Source: Bacteroidales bacterium
GTDB lineage: Bacteria; Bacteroidota; Bacteroidia; Bacteroidales; VadinHA17
Reading direction: 5' to 3'
Length of the DNA stretch: 64,000 nt
Assembly (NCBI GenBank): GCA_046329875.1
Contig: JAXLTT010000008.1
Span: 62,365 to 126,364, forward strand
Shown here: one piece after another, positions 28,755 through 38,737 of the stretch
Layout: the number at the start of each line of letters is the position of its first letter
Numbering within the stretch: position 1 is the stretch's first letter
The notes under the pieces: model-generated
Seen by the model: only the letters and a program-made list of their open reading frames with translations
Told to the model about the DNA's origin: nothing
Database searches by the model: none
Program-made: the position numbers and the translations under genes

Positions 28755-29155
28755 GTTCCTACATCTTTAAAGGTCATAGTAACCCTGTTACCCTTTTCAT
28801 TAAACTCTATTTTATCAGTAAGGCGGGACATCAGGAAAATACCGCGCCCATTCAGCTTCTCAATATTTTCAGGTTTTGTCGGATCGGGTATTATGCCCGG
28901 GTCAAAACCTGGACCCTCGTCTTCAACACAAATTTTAAGCTGGTTTCTGATATGCTTTATTTCAACAATAACAGTCTTATTTGAATCGGATTTGTTCCCG
29001 TGTATGATTGCATTATTAACAGCCTCCATGGCAGAGACCATAATCTTCCCATAATTATCTTCCGAAAATTTCATTTCTGAGGACACCTCATCAATAGCCT
29101 TTTCGATAATTCTGAGATTCTTTACTTCAGACTTTATTACAATCCTCTTCTTCAT
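28751..29155 (-). CDS. HATPase_c anti-sigma regulatory factor-like Ser/Thr kinase (RsbW/SpoIIAB-like)
   Basis: N box EAVNNAIIHGN, G1 box DEGPGFD, G2 box GRGIFLM. 134 aa. 4-nt overlap with ybeY. Confidence 0.75.
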   Translation of the reverse strand: MKKRIVIKSEVKNLRIIEKAIDEVSSEMKFSEDNYGKIMVSAMEAVNNAIIHGNKSDSNKTVIVEIKHIRNQLKICVEDEGPGFDPGIIPDPTKPENIEKLNGRGIFLMSRLTDKIEFNEKGNRVTMTFKDVGT

Positions 29156-29211
29156 CGCTGTGGCTGTGCAAAGCCTTATACTTTGAAAAACCTAGAATGT
29201 TTCACTTTTAT

Positions 29212-30390
29212 CTATTTTTTAGTTATCCAAGATTCCGGATTAACTTTTTCCTTCTCATCAAAAATCAGGAATTTAAGAACTGATGAAGATCCATTTTCAG
29301 AATCACAAAAAACCTCACCAAGCTGCTGTTTGGTATCAACGTCTTCTCCCGGCTTTACAATAACATTAACAATATTCTGATATACTGAAAAATAGCGTCC
29401 ATGCTTTACAATAATGCTCATGTTTGCCCCTGGTATTGCAAACACCCTTACAACCTGTCCCTTAAAAACAGCTCTTACAATTGTCTTTCCTGTGTTTGTT
29501 ATTTCAATACCAGGATTTACTTCATCAACATAAGCAAGTACAGGATGTTTCTGAGGTCCGAATTTTCCTGTTATTATTCCTTTTTCAACAGGCCATGGAA
29601 GCCTTCCTTTATTTTCAGCAAAATTATCTCCGATAAGTTTCATTTCAGGAGACATGACGCTCTTATTGGCTTTCTTTCGCTCTTCTTCAATAAGCTTGTT
29701 TATTTCAGCTTCAATTCTCTGTGCTGCCTTCTTCTTTTCTTCAAGGTCTTTCTTAAGCTGCTTTTGCTTGTTTGAAAGTGAAGCGACCATGCTTTTCTTT
29801 CTTTCCTGCTCGTTCTGAATCAACTCCTTTTGGCGCTCTTCCTTAGATCTCAGATCGACAAGGTTGGAATGATCTTCCTCCATATTTCTTTTTGTAGTCT
29901 CAATCTCATTCTTAAGCTGGAAAATTGTCTCGGTTTGTTCCCGCCTGAAGCGTGCCAGCTGCTGCAGGTATTTTATTCTTTTGTATCCCTGGTTAAAATC
30001 GCGGGCAGATAATATATAAGCAAGGTCTGGGTAACCCTTTGATGCTTTAAAAGACATCTCAATGGTTTTTGCATATTCCTTCTTTATATTTTCCAGATCA
30101 TCCTCCATAAGGGTGATCGCAAGTTTATTTATCTCAATTCGTCCCTCTATCAGGCTCATTTCATCTTTAAGTCCTTCTATCACATTCTGGCGCAGCTGAA
30201 GCTTGTTCCCCAGGACTTTAATGTCATTTAGCCCTGTGGTTTTTTTCGCTTCATTTTCCTTTATCATATTATCAACAAAACTGATTTCCTCCAATGTCTT
30301 GTTTCTCTGCTCCTCAAGCTCTTTTCTCGTTTGGGCTTTAAGAACAACAAATAATGACAGAAGAAAAATGCTGAAAATGATGCGCTTCAT
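29212..30390 (-). CDS. EnvC-like murein hydrolase activator (coiled coil plus degenerate M23/LytM domain)
   Basis: Signal peptide, about 230 aa of heptad-rich coiled coil, and a C-terminal LytM fold. The catalytic HxxxD and HxH positions read NPGIE and KFL. Confidence 0.75.
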   Translation of the reverse strand: MKRIIFSIFLLSLFVVLKAQTRKELEEQRNKTLEEISFVDNMIKENEAKKTTGLNDIKVLGNKLQLRQNVIEGLKDEMSLIEGRIEINKLAITLMEDDLENIKKEYAKTIEMSFKASKGYPDLAYILSARDFNQGYKRIKYLQQLARFRREQTETIFQLKNEIETTKRNMEEDHSNLVDLRSKEERQKELIQNEQERKKSMVASLSNKQKQLKKDLEEKKKAAQRIEAEINKLIEEERKKANKSVMSPEMKLIGDNFAENKGRLPWPVEKGIITGKFGPQKHPVLAYVDEVNPGIEITNTGKTIVRAVFKGQVVRVFAIPGANMSIIVKHGRYFSVYQNIVNVIVKPGEDVDTKQQLGEVFCDSENGSSSVLKFLIFDEKEKVNPESWITKK

Positions 30391-31145
30391 TTAATAGGCT
30401 TCAGTTTATACCCTTCACCCGGTTCAAACTCAATATCCCCGCTCCAGGGTGCCATGTATTTATCAATTGTAAGTGTAATTCCAACTTTTCTAAGGGGGTC
30501 GTTAATCCTGACCCTTCCGGGGACTGAATAATTATCATCCCTGAATCTCGAATAATCAACAGATATGAACTTATCTGGTTCACCAGTGGACACAATTATG
30601 GATTTAACCTTGTCCCTTGAACAGTCAATCTTTGAATTAACAGTAAGTCCCAGGTAATAATCATTTAACAAAATCTCACCCTTTGAACAGTCGGTTCCAT
30701 CCTTTGTTGATGGCCTGTTAAAGAAGAAATCCCCGAAACTTATCTTCAACAAATTAACGGGCAATCCTGTTATCTTTGCAAAATCCCTTGTATTACCATA
30801 AAGAACGTTCCTGTTGAGCCTGTCGTTAATTAATACACTGTCGCCGTCGATATAAACCCTGAATGCCTCAATGCCAGTCCTGCTCCGGATACTTATCAGG
30901 TATTTTCCCTGGGTATTAAACCTCATTGTAAAGAAAAGATTGAACCGGGCATCGCTGCTTCGTGTAATTATCTTTCCCTTTCTAATAAAAAAGCCACTGT
31001 TTGTTAGGTTTTTTGCTGAGACTTTTTCAATCCTGTTTTCAAGCGAAATTGCAGGGGTAAAATACTTTCCTTCCCGCTCCTTTTTCTGAACGGCACAGCT
31101 GCTTATAAATAAAACAGCAATCGATATCAAAGTTATTTTGTGCAA
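30387..31145 (-). CDS. lipoprotein, DUF4292/LolB-like
   Basis: Lipobox FISS-C. Beta-rich. Sits between the TPR protein and the M23 protein with overlapping stops. The family name is recalled, not verified. Confidence 0.5.
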   Translation of the reverse strand: MHKITLISIAVLFISSCAVQKKEREGKYFTPAISLENRIEKVSAKNLTNSGFFIRKGKIITRSSDARFNLFFTMRFNTQGKYLISIRSRTGIEAFRVYIDGDSVLINDRLNRNVLYGNTRDFAKITGLPVNLLKISFGDFFFNRPSTKDGTDCSKGEILLNDYYLGLTVNSKIDCSRDKVKSIIVSTGEPDKFISVDYSRFRDDNYSVPGRVRINDPLRKVGITLTIDKYMAPWSGDIEFEPGEGYKLKPIK

Positions 31146-32851
31146 GATTCTATTTCCTTACTAATATATTCCTTTGATGAGTCAAGATTAAGAGCTTTTT
31201 GTAAATAAACTTTAGCCGTTTTGCAATCTCCCATTGCTTTCATAATGAATCCGTAGTGCTCGAACCATTCAGTATCTTCCTTCTTCTCCCTGTCCATAAG
31301 CTCCTCCATTATCTTTGCCGCATCTTTCAGTTTTCCCCTTTTATACAACACCCACGCAAAAGTATCAAGATAAGTACTGTTGTCCTTTTCTTTATTTATT
31401 ACTATTCTGATCATCCTCTCTGCCTCTTTGAGATCCTGGTTTTGTTCAGCCAGGTAATATGCATAGTTATTCAGAACTATCATATCTTCAGGGTTCTTTC
31501 TCAATACTTCCCTGAATAATTCAAAACTCCTTGCAAATTCTTTCTTCCGGTAATATACATCAGCTTCCATTGAAAGTACCTGAGTAAGCAACTCGTCCTG
31601 GTTTCCTGCCAGAATCTTTGCTTTTTCAAGCTGCTCGAGAGCAATGTTGTATTCCTTTTTCTGCATGGCCGCACTTGCATACAGTACTTTAACAGGGTAA
31701 GACATGTTAAATGCCGAACTTGCCTTTTTCCCAATTTCAAATAACCTGTTGTAATCACCTATGTCGGAATACAATACCATAAGCTGTTCGAGAGCAGGGT
31801 AGTTTGAAGGATCGGCATTTACTATGTCCTCGAGTCTTTTAACAGCCACATCAGGTCTTCCTTCCTGTTTATATAACTCAGGTCTTATCAGAAGCACAAG
31901 TCCGTCATTCTTATAACTGCTTTCAAGTACCCTGATAAGTATTTCTGTTGCATCACCCTTTTCCTTAACAAATCCTGTATTTGAAATTACCTTTGAAAAT
32001 ATTCCCAGTACATCATCCCTGCTGAACTTGTCGTTAATAACAATTCCGTTAAGCAGAACCATAACTTCCTCATATTCCCTGCCATCAAGGAGAAAATCAG
32101 TTAGAGAGCTGATTGTCTGGACATTGGTTGAATCAATATCCAGTAGCTTTTCATATATCTTCTGTGCTTTGTCTCTTTCCCCGGTGCTCCTGTACAGTTC
32201 GGCAAGTATGCCGTTATACAGCAGATCGTCCGGATTATTTTTAAGCACCTTTAGTATCTTTTCCTCAGCTTCCCCGTTTTTCTTCAGGTTAATCAGGCAT
32301 CTGATGGAAAGTACAGTAATATTTCCACCGACACCATACTTTTGTTCAAGCAAACTATATAGATTTTCAGCACTCTCAAAATCACCCTTTTCTGCATAAT
32401 AGTTGGCCAGTGTAACTTTCAGGCCATCATTCTCAGGATATCTGGTGCTGGCACTCCTGTAACAGACAATTGCGCTGTCAATCTCCTTTTCCTGGAAATA
32501 TATATCGCCAAGCAGTGAAAGATACCATACATTCCCGCTATCAATTCTTGCAGCAACCCTGCAATACTTTTTTGCATTTTGAAGATCACCACGCTGACCA
32601 CTGATTTGAGCTATCTGAAAATATGGAGCATCGTTTTTCGGGTTAATCCTTATACACTGTTCAAAGCAATTTATAGCATCTCCGATATTTCCAATCAGTT
32701 TTTGCTTTAAGCCTTCACCATACATAAGATTAAATGCCGTGGTATCGTAAAGCAGCCTGTTCGTCACCGAAACACCAGGGGCAGCCGATCTAGAGCAGGC
32801 GCTTACTATGAGAACCACCAATAAAATAAAAACGCTATTTCTTCTCTTCAT
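31133..32851 (-). CDS. tetratricopeptide repeat lipoprotein
   Basis: Multiple TPR units (A..YY..G....A...F). I prefer the ATG at 32851, which gives MKRRNSVFILLVVLIVSA-C (lipobox). The track extends to 32962. Confidence 0.8.
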   Translation of the reverse strand: MKRRNSVFILLVVLIVSACSRSAAPGVSVTNRLLYDTTAFNLMYGEGLKQKLIGNIGDAINCFEQCIRINPKNDAPYFQIAQISGQRGDLQNAKKYCRVAARIDSGNVWYLSLLGDIYFQEKEIDSAIVCYRSASTRYPENDGLKVTLANYYAEKGDFESAENLYSLLEQKYGVGGNITVLSIRCLINLKKNGEAEEKILKVLKNNPDDLLYNGILAELYRSTGERDKAQKIYEKLLDIDSTNVQTISSLTDFLLDGREYEEVMVLLNGIVINDKFSRDDVLGIFSKVISNTGFVKEKGDATEILIRVLESSYKNDGLVLLIRPELYKQEGRPDVAVKRLEDIVNADPSNYPALEQLMVLYSDIGDYNRLFEIGKKASSAFNMSYPVKVLYASAAMQKKEYNIALEQLEKAKILAGNQDELLTQVLSMEADVYYRKKEFARSFELFREVLRKNPEDMIVLNNYAYYLAEQNQDLKEAERMIRIVINKEKDNSTYLDTFAWVLYKRGKLKDAAKIMEELMDREKKEDTEWFEHYGFIMKAMGDCKTAKVYLQKALNLDSSKEYISKEIESCTK

Positions 32852-32999
32852 AAATCGCAATTCCGGTCCTAAATTCATTATACGCCTTAAACCATAAATG
32901 CTAACAAATATCAGCCCAGACGCCATATTTTTCATATCGGCCAAAGTTAAATATCTTTGCATACAGATTTACAGCACCATGCCAATTTAATTGTTACAC

Positions 33000-33806
33000 A
33001 TGAGAAGTTCAATATTCATCGTACTTATAATAGTTTCTTCCTTCTTTTATTCATGCAGCAGATCATCTGACAGTGTTGCAATTATTGAAATGAAAACCTC
33101 CCTTGGTGACATCAGGTTAAAACTATACAATGAAACGCCGCTTCACCGTGATAATTTTATAAAACTTGTAAAATCAGGATTTTATGAAAATATTCCGTTT
33201 CATCGTGTCATAAACCATTTCATGATCCAGGCGGGTGATGAATCCCTTAAACCTGGTCTCTCACAGGCTATGAAAGATTCTATTTCACGTCTTACAGTAC
33301 CAGCTGAATTCCGTCCTGAACTTTACCATAAAAAAGGAGCCCTTGCAGCTGCCCGCGAAGGAAATGATGTTAATCCGCTGATGCTTTCTTCTGCAACACA
33401 GTTTTACATCGTCCAGGGGAAAAAATTTGAATCTTCACAGATGGATTCTCTTCAGCAGGTGGTGAACAATAATATAAGAAAAGCACAGTTTATCCGTCTT
33501 CTCCATGAAATAACCGACAGCAGTAACGCAGGCCTGCACCTCACTGACGCACAAATCCAGGAACGGGCAACCCTCAGATTGTATGATCTTATTGACAAAA
33601 CGGGAGAGAGAATACTAACAGAAGAGCAACGTAAATCGTACTCAACTGCCGGCGGCGTACCCAGGCTGGATGGTACATATACAGTTTTTGGTGAAGTTAT
33701 AAGTGGTTTTGAAGTTATTGACAGAATCGCAGCTGTTGAAACAGGACCGGCTGATAAACCGGTAAAGGATGTGCTTATACTCAAAATGAAATTAATAAGA
33801 AAATAA
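33000..33806 (+). CDS. peptidylprolyl isomerase (cyclophilin type, with insertion)
   Basis: FHRVINHFMIQAGD and TVFGEVISGFEVIDRI. Has a signal peptide. ATG at 33000. Confidence 0.85.
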   Translation: MRSSIFIVLIIVSSFFYSCSRSSDSVAIIEMKTSLGDIRLKLYNETPLHRDNFIKLVKSGFYENIPFHRVINHFMIQAGDESLKPGLSQAMKDSISRLTVPAEFRPELYHKKGALAAAREGNDVNPLMLSSATQFYIVQGKKFESSQMDSLQQVVNNNIRKAQFIRLLHEITDSSNAGLHLTDAQIQERATLRLYDLIDKTGERILTEEQRKSYSTAGGVPRLDGTYTVFGEVISGFEVIDRIAAVETGPADKPVKDVLILKMKLIRK

Positions 33807-33817
33807 AGTTAACATTG

Positions 33818-34858
33818 ATGCTCGAAAGAATTGAAAATCTTAAGAAGGAGATAGCGTCAGCATCTGCTTCGGGACCGGAAGAACTTGAAAATTTCAGAAT
33901 AAAATACTTAAGTCGCAAGGGATTGGTTTCTGTTTTGTTTGAGGAATTCAGGGACGTTCCTGTTTCAGAAAAGAAGGCCGTCGGCATGCAATTAAATGTA
34001 TTGAAGCAGGAAGCCCAGGAAAAGTACAACACACTTAAAGAATCACTGGAGTCAACAGTTGAACCAGCGTCTTCCATTGATTTCACGAGGCCTGCCTTCC
34101 CTTTCACACTCGGATCGCGTCATCCTATTTCAATAGTCAGAAAAGAAATCCTTGACGTATTTTCACGAATTGGCTTTGTTGTTTCCGAAGGACCTGAAAT
34201 AGAAGATGATGATCATGTATTTACCAAACTGAATTTTGCTCCCGAACACCCTGCCCGTGATATGCAGGATACTTTTTATATATCAAAGATTTCAGCAGAA
34301 GACTCCAGCCCGGAGGATATATTGTTGAGAACGCATACATCGTCGGTGCAGGTCAGGGTTATGCAAAATCAGAAACCACCAATCCGTACCGTATCGCCAG
34401 GTCGTGTATTCAGGAATGAAGCAATATCAGCCAGGGCTCATTGCATCTTTCACCAGGTAGAGGGCCTGTATATAGATGAAAATGTTTCTTTTGCCGACCT
34501 GAGGCAGACCCTTTTGTATTTTGCCCGCGAAATTTTCGGAAAAGATGTGGAGATCAGGTTAAGGCCTTCTTACTTCCCTTTTACCGAACCTTCGGCTGAA
34601 ATGGATGTAAGCTGCAGGTTGTGCGGCGGTAAGGGCTGTAATGTATGTAAACATACGGGATGGCTTGAGGTACTTGGCTGTGGCATGGTACATCCGAACG
34701 TCCTTGAAAACTGCGGCATTGACAGTAAGAAATATACAGGCTTCGCCTTTGGAATGGGAATAGAGCGAATTGCAATGCTTAAGTACCAGGTAAATGACCT
34801 GAGGCTATATTTCGAGAATGACCTGAGGTTTCTTGACCAGTTCAAAACATCTGTTTAA
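33818..34858 (+). CDS. pheS: phenylalanine--tRNA ligase subunit alpha
   Basis: Class II motifs FRNEAISARAHCIFHQVEG and GFAFGMGIERIAML. ATG at 33818 (a TTG lies at 33815). Confidence 0.95.
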   Translation: MLERIENLKKEIASASASGPEELENFRIKYLSRKGLVSVLFEEFRDVPVSEKKAVGMQLNVLKQEAQEKYNTLKESLESTVEPASSIDFTRPAFPFTLGSRHPISIVRKEILDVFSRIGFVVSEGPEIEDDDHVFTKLNFAPEHPARDMQDTFYISKISAEDSSPEDILLRTHTSSVQVRVMQNQKPPIRTVSPGRVFRNEAISARAHCIFHQVEGLYIDENVSFADLRQTLLYFAREIFGKDVEIRLRPSYFPFTEPSAEMDVSCRLCGGKGCNVCKHTGWLEVLGCGMVHPNVLENCGIDSKKYTGFAFGMGIERIAMLKYQVNDLRLYFENDLRFLDQFKTSV

Positions 34859-34900
34859 GTCACCTTCAGGCTGTGTTTCTGAAGCTGGCAGCAGCAAGCC

Positions 34901-35317
34901 TTAACTTTCAATTACAAGCTCCCATGTTACTTTCATGGCCTGCTTGTAATTATAGCTTACACCGCAATACTTGTCCTGGGAAAGGTTGATGGCTTTCAGT
35001 ACCTTATCTTCAGGGATTTCATTTCCTTTAATAATGTACTTTATATGCATGTGATCAAAGTGTCTAGGGTGATCTTCAGTAATGTTTCCCTCGACAACAA
35101 CGCTGAAATCATCGTAATCAACTTTCATCTTTCCAAGAATAGCTACAACATCCATCCCGGTGCACCCGGCAAGGGCAGTAAGCATTAAGCTTTTTGGCCT
35201 TGGTCCGTCGTTGTTACCACCAGACTCTGCATTTGCGTCAAGGATCAATTTATGACCATTTACAGTTGCTTCAAACGCCATCTTTCCCTTGTGCCTGAGG
35301 ACTACTGAATCTTTCAT
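34901..35317 (-). CDS. OsmC family peroxiredoxin-like protein
   Basis: Cys pair in ALAGCTGMD and DKYCGVS, typical of OsmC/Ohr. Confidence 0.8.
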   Translation of the reverse strand: MKDSVVLRHKGKMAFEATVNGHKLILDANAESGGNNDGPRPKSLMLTALAGCTGMDVVAILGKMKVDYDDFSVVVEGNITEDHPRHFDHMHIKYIIKGNEIPEDKVLKAINLSQDKYCGVSYNYKQAMKVTWELVIES

Positions 35318-35408
35318 GCTTTTTACAATGTTTTTTTAAGATTGTAGCAAAATTAAACAATTATCTCATTGGGATTTGTAATCTTTGCGAAGTAATCCGG
35401 GGGTAGAT

Positions 35409-36119
35409 ATGAAACAACATGATGTGGCAATTCCTTTTTGTGAGAAATGTGCCCTTGAAACAAATTCCATATTCAAGCATCTTTCCAGGGATGAGTCTGA
35501 AAAACTAAACTATGACAAGGATTTCAGGCTTTATAAGAAAGGTGATATTCTTTATCATGAAGGGAACAGAATCAGTGGGTTCTATTGCATAAACAGCGGG
35601 GTTATAAAAGTCTACAAAACAGGACTTGACGGAAAGGAACAGATAATCAGGTTTGCGAAGCCTGGTGACATAATTGCTTACAGGAGTGTTCTTAGCAGTG
35701 AGCCTGCATGCACAACATCGAAAGTTATAGAGGACTGCCAGGTTTGTTTCATTCCTTCAGAAGTTTTAATATCGTTCATAAAGACAAATCCAAATTTCAG
35801 CCTTGAGCTCATGAAGCTTACCTGTCATGAACTTGGGGAAGCCAACTCATATATTACGGATATAGCACAGAAAACAGTAAGGGAGAGGCTGGCAGAAGTG
35901 CTTCTGAAGCTTGTTGAGGATTTTGGACTTGACAATCAGAAATTCCTGAATATATCGTTAACACGCGAGGAACTTGCCAACATCGTTGGAACCGCTACTG
36001 AATCAGTAATCCGCCTGCTTTCAGAATTTAAATCTGATAACCTGGTTGAACTTTCAGGAAGGAAAATAAAGATTCTCAATATCAAGGGTCTCGAGAAGAT
36101 CAGTAATGTATTTTCCTGA
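35409..36119 (+). CDS. Crp/Fnr family transcriptional regulator
   Basis: cNMP-binding beta-roll (ILYHEGN..SGFYCINSGVIKV) and a C-terminal HTH (LTREELANIVGTATESVIRLLSEF). ATG at 35409. Confidence 0.85.
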   Translation: MKQHDVAIPFCEKCALETNSIFKHLSRDESEKLNYDKDFRLYKKGDILYHEGNRISGFYCINSGVIKVYKTGLDGKEQIIRFAKPGDIIAYRSVLSSEPACTTSKVIEDCQVCFIPSEVLISFIKTNPNFSLELMKLTCHELGEANSYITDIAQKTVRERLAEVLLKLVEDFGLDNQKFLNISLTREELANIVGTATESVIRLLSEFKSDNLVELSGRKIKILNIKGLEKISNVFS

Positions 36120-36143
36120 TTCTAAGGATAACTCCCGCTATTT

Positions 36144-37169
36144 TCAGAAGAGCTTACCTATTGCAGGCATCCCGTACTGCCTTCCAAGATGCTTATATGC
36201 ATGTTCGGTTGCCTCCCTCCCCCTGGGAGTTCTCTTCAGGTATCCCTCTTTAATAAGAAATGGTTCGTAGACTTCTTCAATTGTGCCGCTTTCCTCACCC
36301 ACGGCAGTAGATATTGTATTTAATCCCACGGGGCCACCTCCGAATTTATCTATTATAATTGAAAGGATCCTGTTGTCCATTTCATCAAGACCATGTTCGT
36401 CGATGTTCAGGGCCTTCAGCCCGAATTTTGTAATATCAAGATCTATTTTTCCTGTGCCTTTAACCTGGGCAAAGTCGCGGATACGGCGCAGGAGTGCATT
36501 GGCCACCCTTGGCGTTCCCCTGCTTCGTGAAGCAATCTCCCCGGCAGCGCTTTCGTTTATTGAAGTATTTAATATCCCTGAAGAGCGTTTAATAATGCCG
36601 GTAAGAATATCATTATCATAATATTCCAGGTGGAATTTAATACCGAAACGGGCCCGTAAAGGACTGGTAAGCAGGCCTGAACGGGTTGTTGCACCTATAA
36701 GGGTGAACGGGTTAAGGGTTAGCTGTACAGATCTTGCACTTGGTCCCTTGTCTATCATTATATCTATCTGGAAGTCCTCCATTGCAGCATAAAGATATTC
36801 TTCCACAACCGGACTCAGCCTGTGTATTTCGTCTATGAAAAGAACATCTCCTTCGTTGAGGCTTGTAAGCAGTCCTGCCAGGTCACCCGGCTTATCAAGA
36901 ACAGGGCCCGATGTAACTTTCATCCCCACATTGAGTTCATTTGCAATTATTGCTGCAAGTGTTGTTTTTCCCAAACCCGGAGGGCCATGAAGCAGAACAT
37001 GGTCGAGAGATTCACCCCTTTGTTTAGCTGCTGTTACAAATACTGAAAGATTTTCAATAACCTGTTTCTGTCCTTTGAAATCATTAAAGGAGAGGGGTCT
37101 TAACTGTCTTTCAAATTCCTTATCGGCAGCAGAAAGGCCTTCGTTTCTTATATTGAAATTATCTTCCAT
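36144..37169 (-). CDS. ruvB: Holliday junction branch migration DNA helicase RuvB
   Basis: Walker [10 protein letters not shown], Walker B FIDEIHRL, and a C-terminal winged helix. Confidence 0.95.
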   Translation of the reverse strand: MEDNFNIRNEGLSAADKEFERQLRPLSFNDFKGQKQVIENLSVFVTAAKQRGESLDHVLLHGPPGLGKTTLAAIIANELNVGMKVTSGPVLDKPGDLAGLLTSLNEGDVLFIDEIHRLSPVVEEYLYAAMEDFQIDIMIDKGPSARSVQLTLNPFTLIGATTRSGLLTSPLRARFGIKFHLEYYDNDILTGIIKRSSGILNTSINESAAGEIASRSRGTPRVANALLRRIRDFAQVKGTGKIDLDITKFGLKALNIDEHGLDEMDNRILSIIIDKFGGGPVGLNTISTAVGEESGTIEEVYEPFLIKEGYLKRTPRGREATEHAYKHLGRQYGMPAIGKLF

Positions 37170-37181
37170 CAGCCTTTCCTG

Positions 37182-38735
37182 TTATTTAATGAGTTTTACG
37201 TCGCTTTCGGGGAGTTTGATCCTTACTCCGTTTATGCTTGTTTCAATGTCATTCCTGTAACTTACTGTCAATATAAGCTTTCCGTCCTCATCATACTTTT
37301 TCCATGTCTTCTGACGAAGTCCGCCCTGGTAATATCTCTCTTCCTTTATCCTGCCGTCTTCATAATAAAGAAGGTGCTGCCCGTCTGCATTTCCCTGCAT
37401 AAAGCCTCCTTTGAAACGTGGTTTTCCGTCTGAATAAAATGACTTCCAGACACCATCCTTAAGTCCTGTAATATATTTTCCTTCTTCTGAATTATTCGGA
37501 GATCTGAACTTCCATTCCCCGTTTCTTTCCCCGTCTGAATAGGTTCCCTGGGCTATAATTTCACCTGTTCTTGAATATTCAGTATAAGCACCGTCGCGTT
37601 TACCCTGGAAATACTCTTCTTCCCTGAGAAGGGCTCCGTTTTCGTAGTACCATTTCCACATCCCGTCGGGTCTGCCCGCATTGTAATAGCCTGTCTGTTC
37701 TGTTTTCCCCTCCTCGCTGAAGAATTTCCATAACCCCGTCCTCCTGTTATCGGAATACTGACCTTCATCAAGTACTTTTCCTGAAGGATAGAAATCGGTC
37801 CATTTTCCATTCCTGTTGCCGGCTTCATCCACAATACCCTCTGAAGATAAAACCCCGTTATCATTATAAATCTTTGAATTAATGATTTTGCCATCAGCGT
37901 TATACTCCCTGTGGATTCCAACAGGAACAGAATTCCTGTAGGGGCCGCTGTAAATCAGCTTTCCGTTTTGATCATACCTGTTTTTAATTTCAATATCCGG
38001 CTGATCTTCAACCCTCGATTTTACAATGGATCCGTTTTCATAAAGCATTGTAAGCACAAGGTTGCCCTTTGCATCATATTCCTTATAATAACCATGAAGC
38101 AGATCGTCCTTAAATGTCTTTTCAGACTTTATGTTCCCTCCAGGGTAAAACTCTTTCCAGTCTCCCTGTTTAAGACCATTGTTGTCTTTCCTGTTTATTT
38201 TTTCCCTTCCGATGAGGAAGTCGTTATTATATTCATAGAGAGTTATGACGTTTCCATCACGATCAAACTCCCGTGAAATTCCCGACTTTTTACCTCCATT
38301 CCATGTTATTGTCTGCTGTACTTTACCATCCGGAAAATAAATATAAGAGGTACCCTCTTTCCTGTCTCCGGCAAACAGCTCTTTCGACCAGATGTATATA
38401 CCTGCAATGGGGTCTTTCCTGTATTTAAAATAATACCCGTTCTTCTTACCATACAGGTAGTTTATTTTCTCAAGTGTATCACCAACCTGGTCATAAAACA
38501 CCCATATGCTGTCGAGCATGAAGTTCGACCGTTTGCCTTCAGATTTCCTGATTCCTGTAACATAATAACTCTTCCAGAAACCATCAGGCTTTCCGTTTCT
38601 TATAATACCTTCACTTGAGACTGCACCATTCGGATATTTGAATACATGATAACCGTCATTCAGTGTCTCTGTTGTCTGGCTTTGCAGACCTGAACAAATA
38701 AACAGGATTATATTTACAAAAAGGAGTTTTCGCAT
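37182..38735 (-). CDS. MORN-variant repeat protein (YwqK-like family), secreted
   Basis: Signal peptide, then about 20 tandem ~23-aa units of the pattern G.W..YY.nGk....g.y..g...G. Confidence 0.7.
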   Translation of the reverse strand: MRKLLFVNIILFICSGLQSQTTETLNDGYHVFKYPNGAVSSEGIIRNGKPDGFWKSYYVTGIRKSEGKRSNFMLDSIWVFYDQVGDTLEKINYLYGKKNGYYFKYRKDPIAGIYIWSKELFAGDRKEGTSYIYFPDGKVQQTITWNGGKKSGISREFDRDGNVITLYEYNNDFLIGREKINRKDNNGLKQGDWKEFYPGGNIKSEKTFKDDLLHGYYKEYDAKGNLVLTMLYENGSIVKSRVEDQPDIEIKNRYDQNGKLIYSGPYRNSVPVGIHREYNADGKIINSKIYNDNGVLSSEGIVDEAGNRNGKWTDFYPSGKVLDEGQYSDNRRTGLWKFFSEEGKTEQTGYYNAGRPDGMWKWYYENGALLREEEYFQGKRDGAYTEYSRTGEIIAQGTYSDGERNGEWKFRSPNNSEEGKYITGLKDGVWKSFYSDGKPRFKGGFMQGNADGQHLLYYEDGRIKEERYYQGGLRQKTWKKYDEDGKLILTVSYRNDIETSINGVRIKLPESDVKLIK

Positions 38736-38737
38736 TT

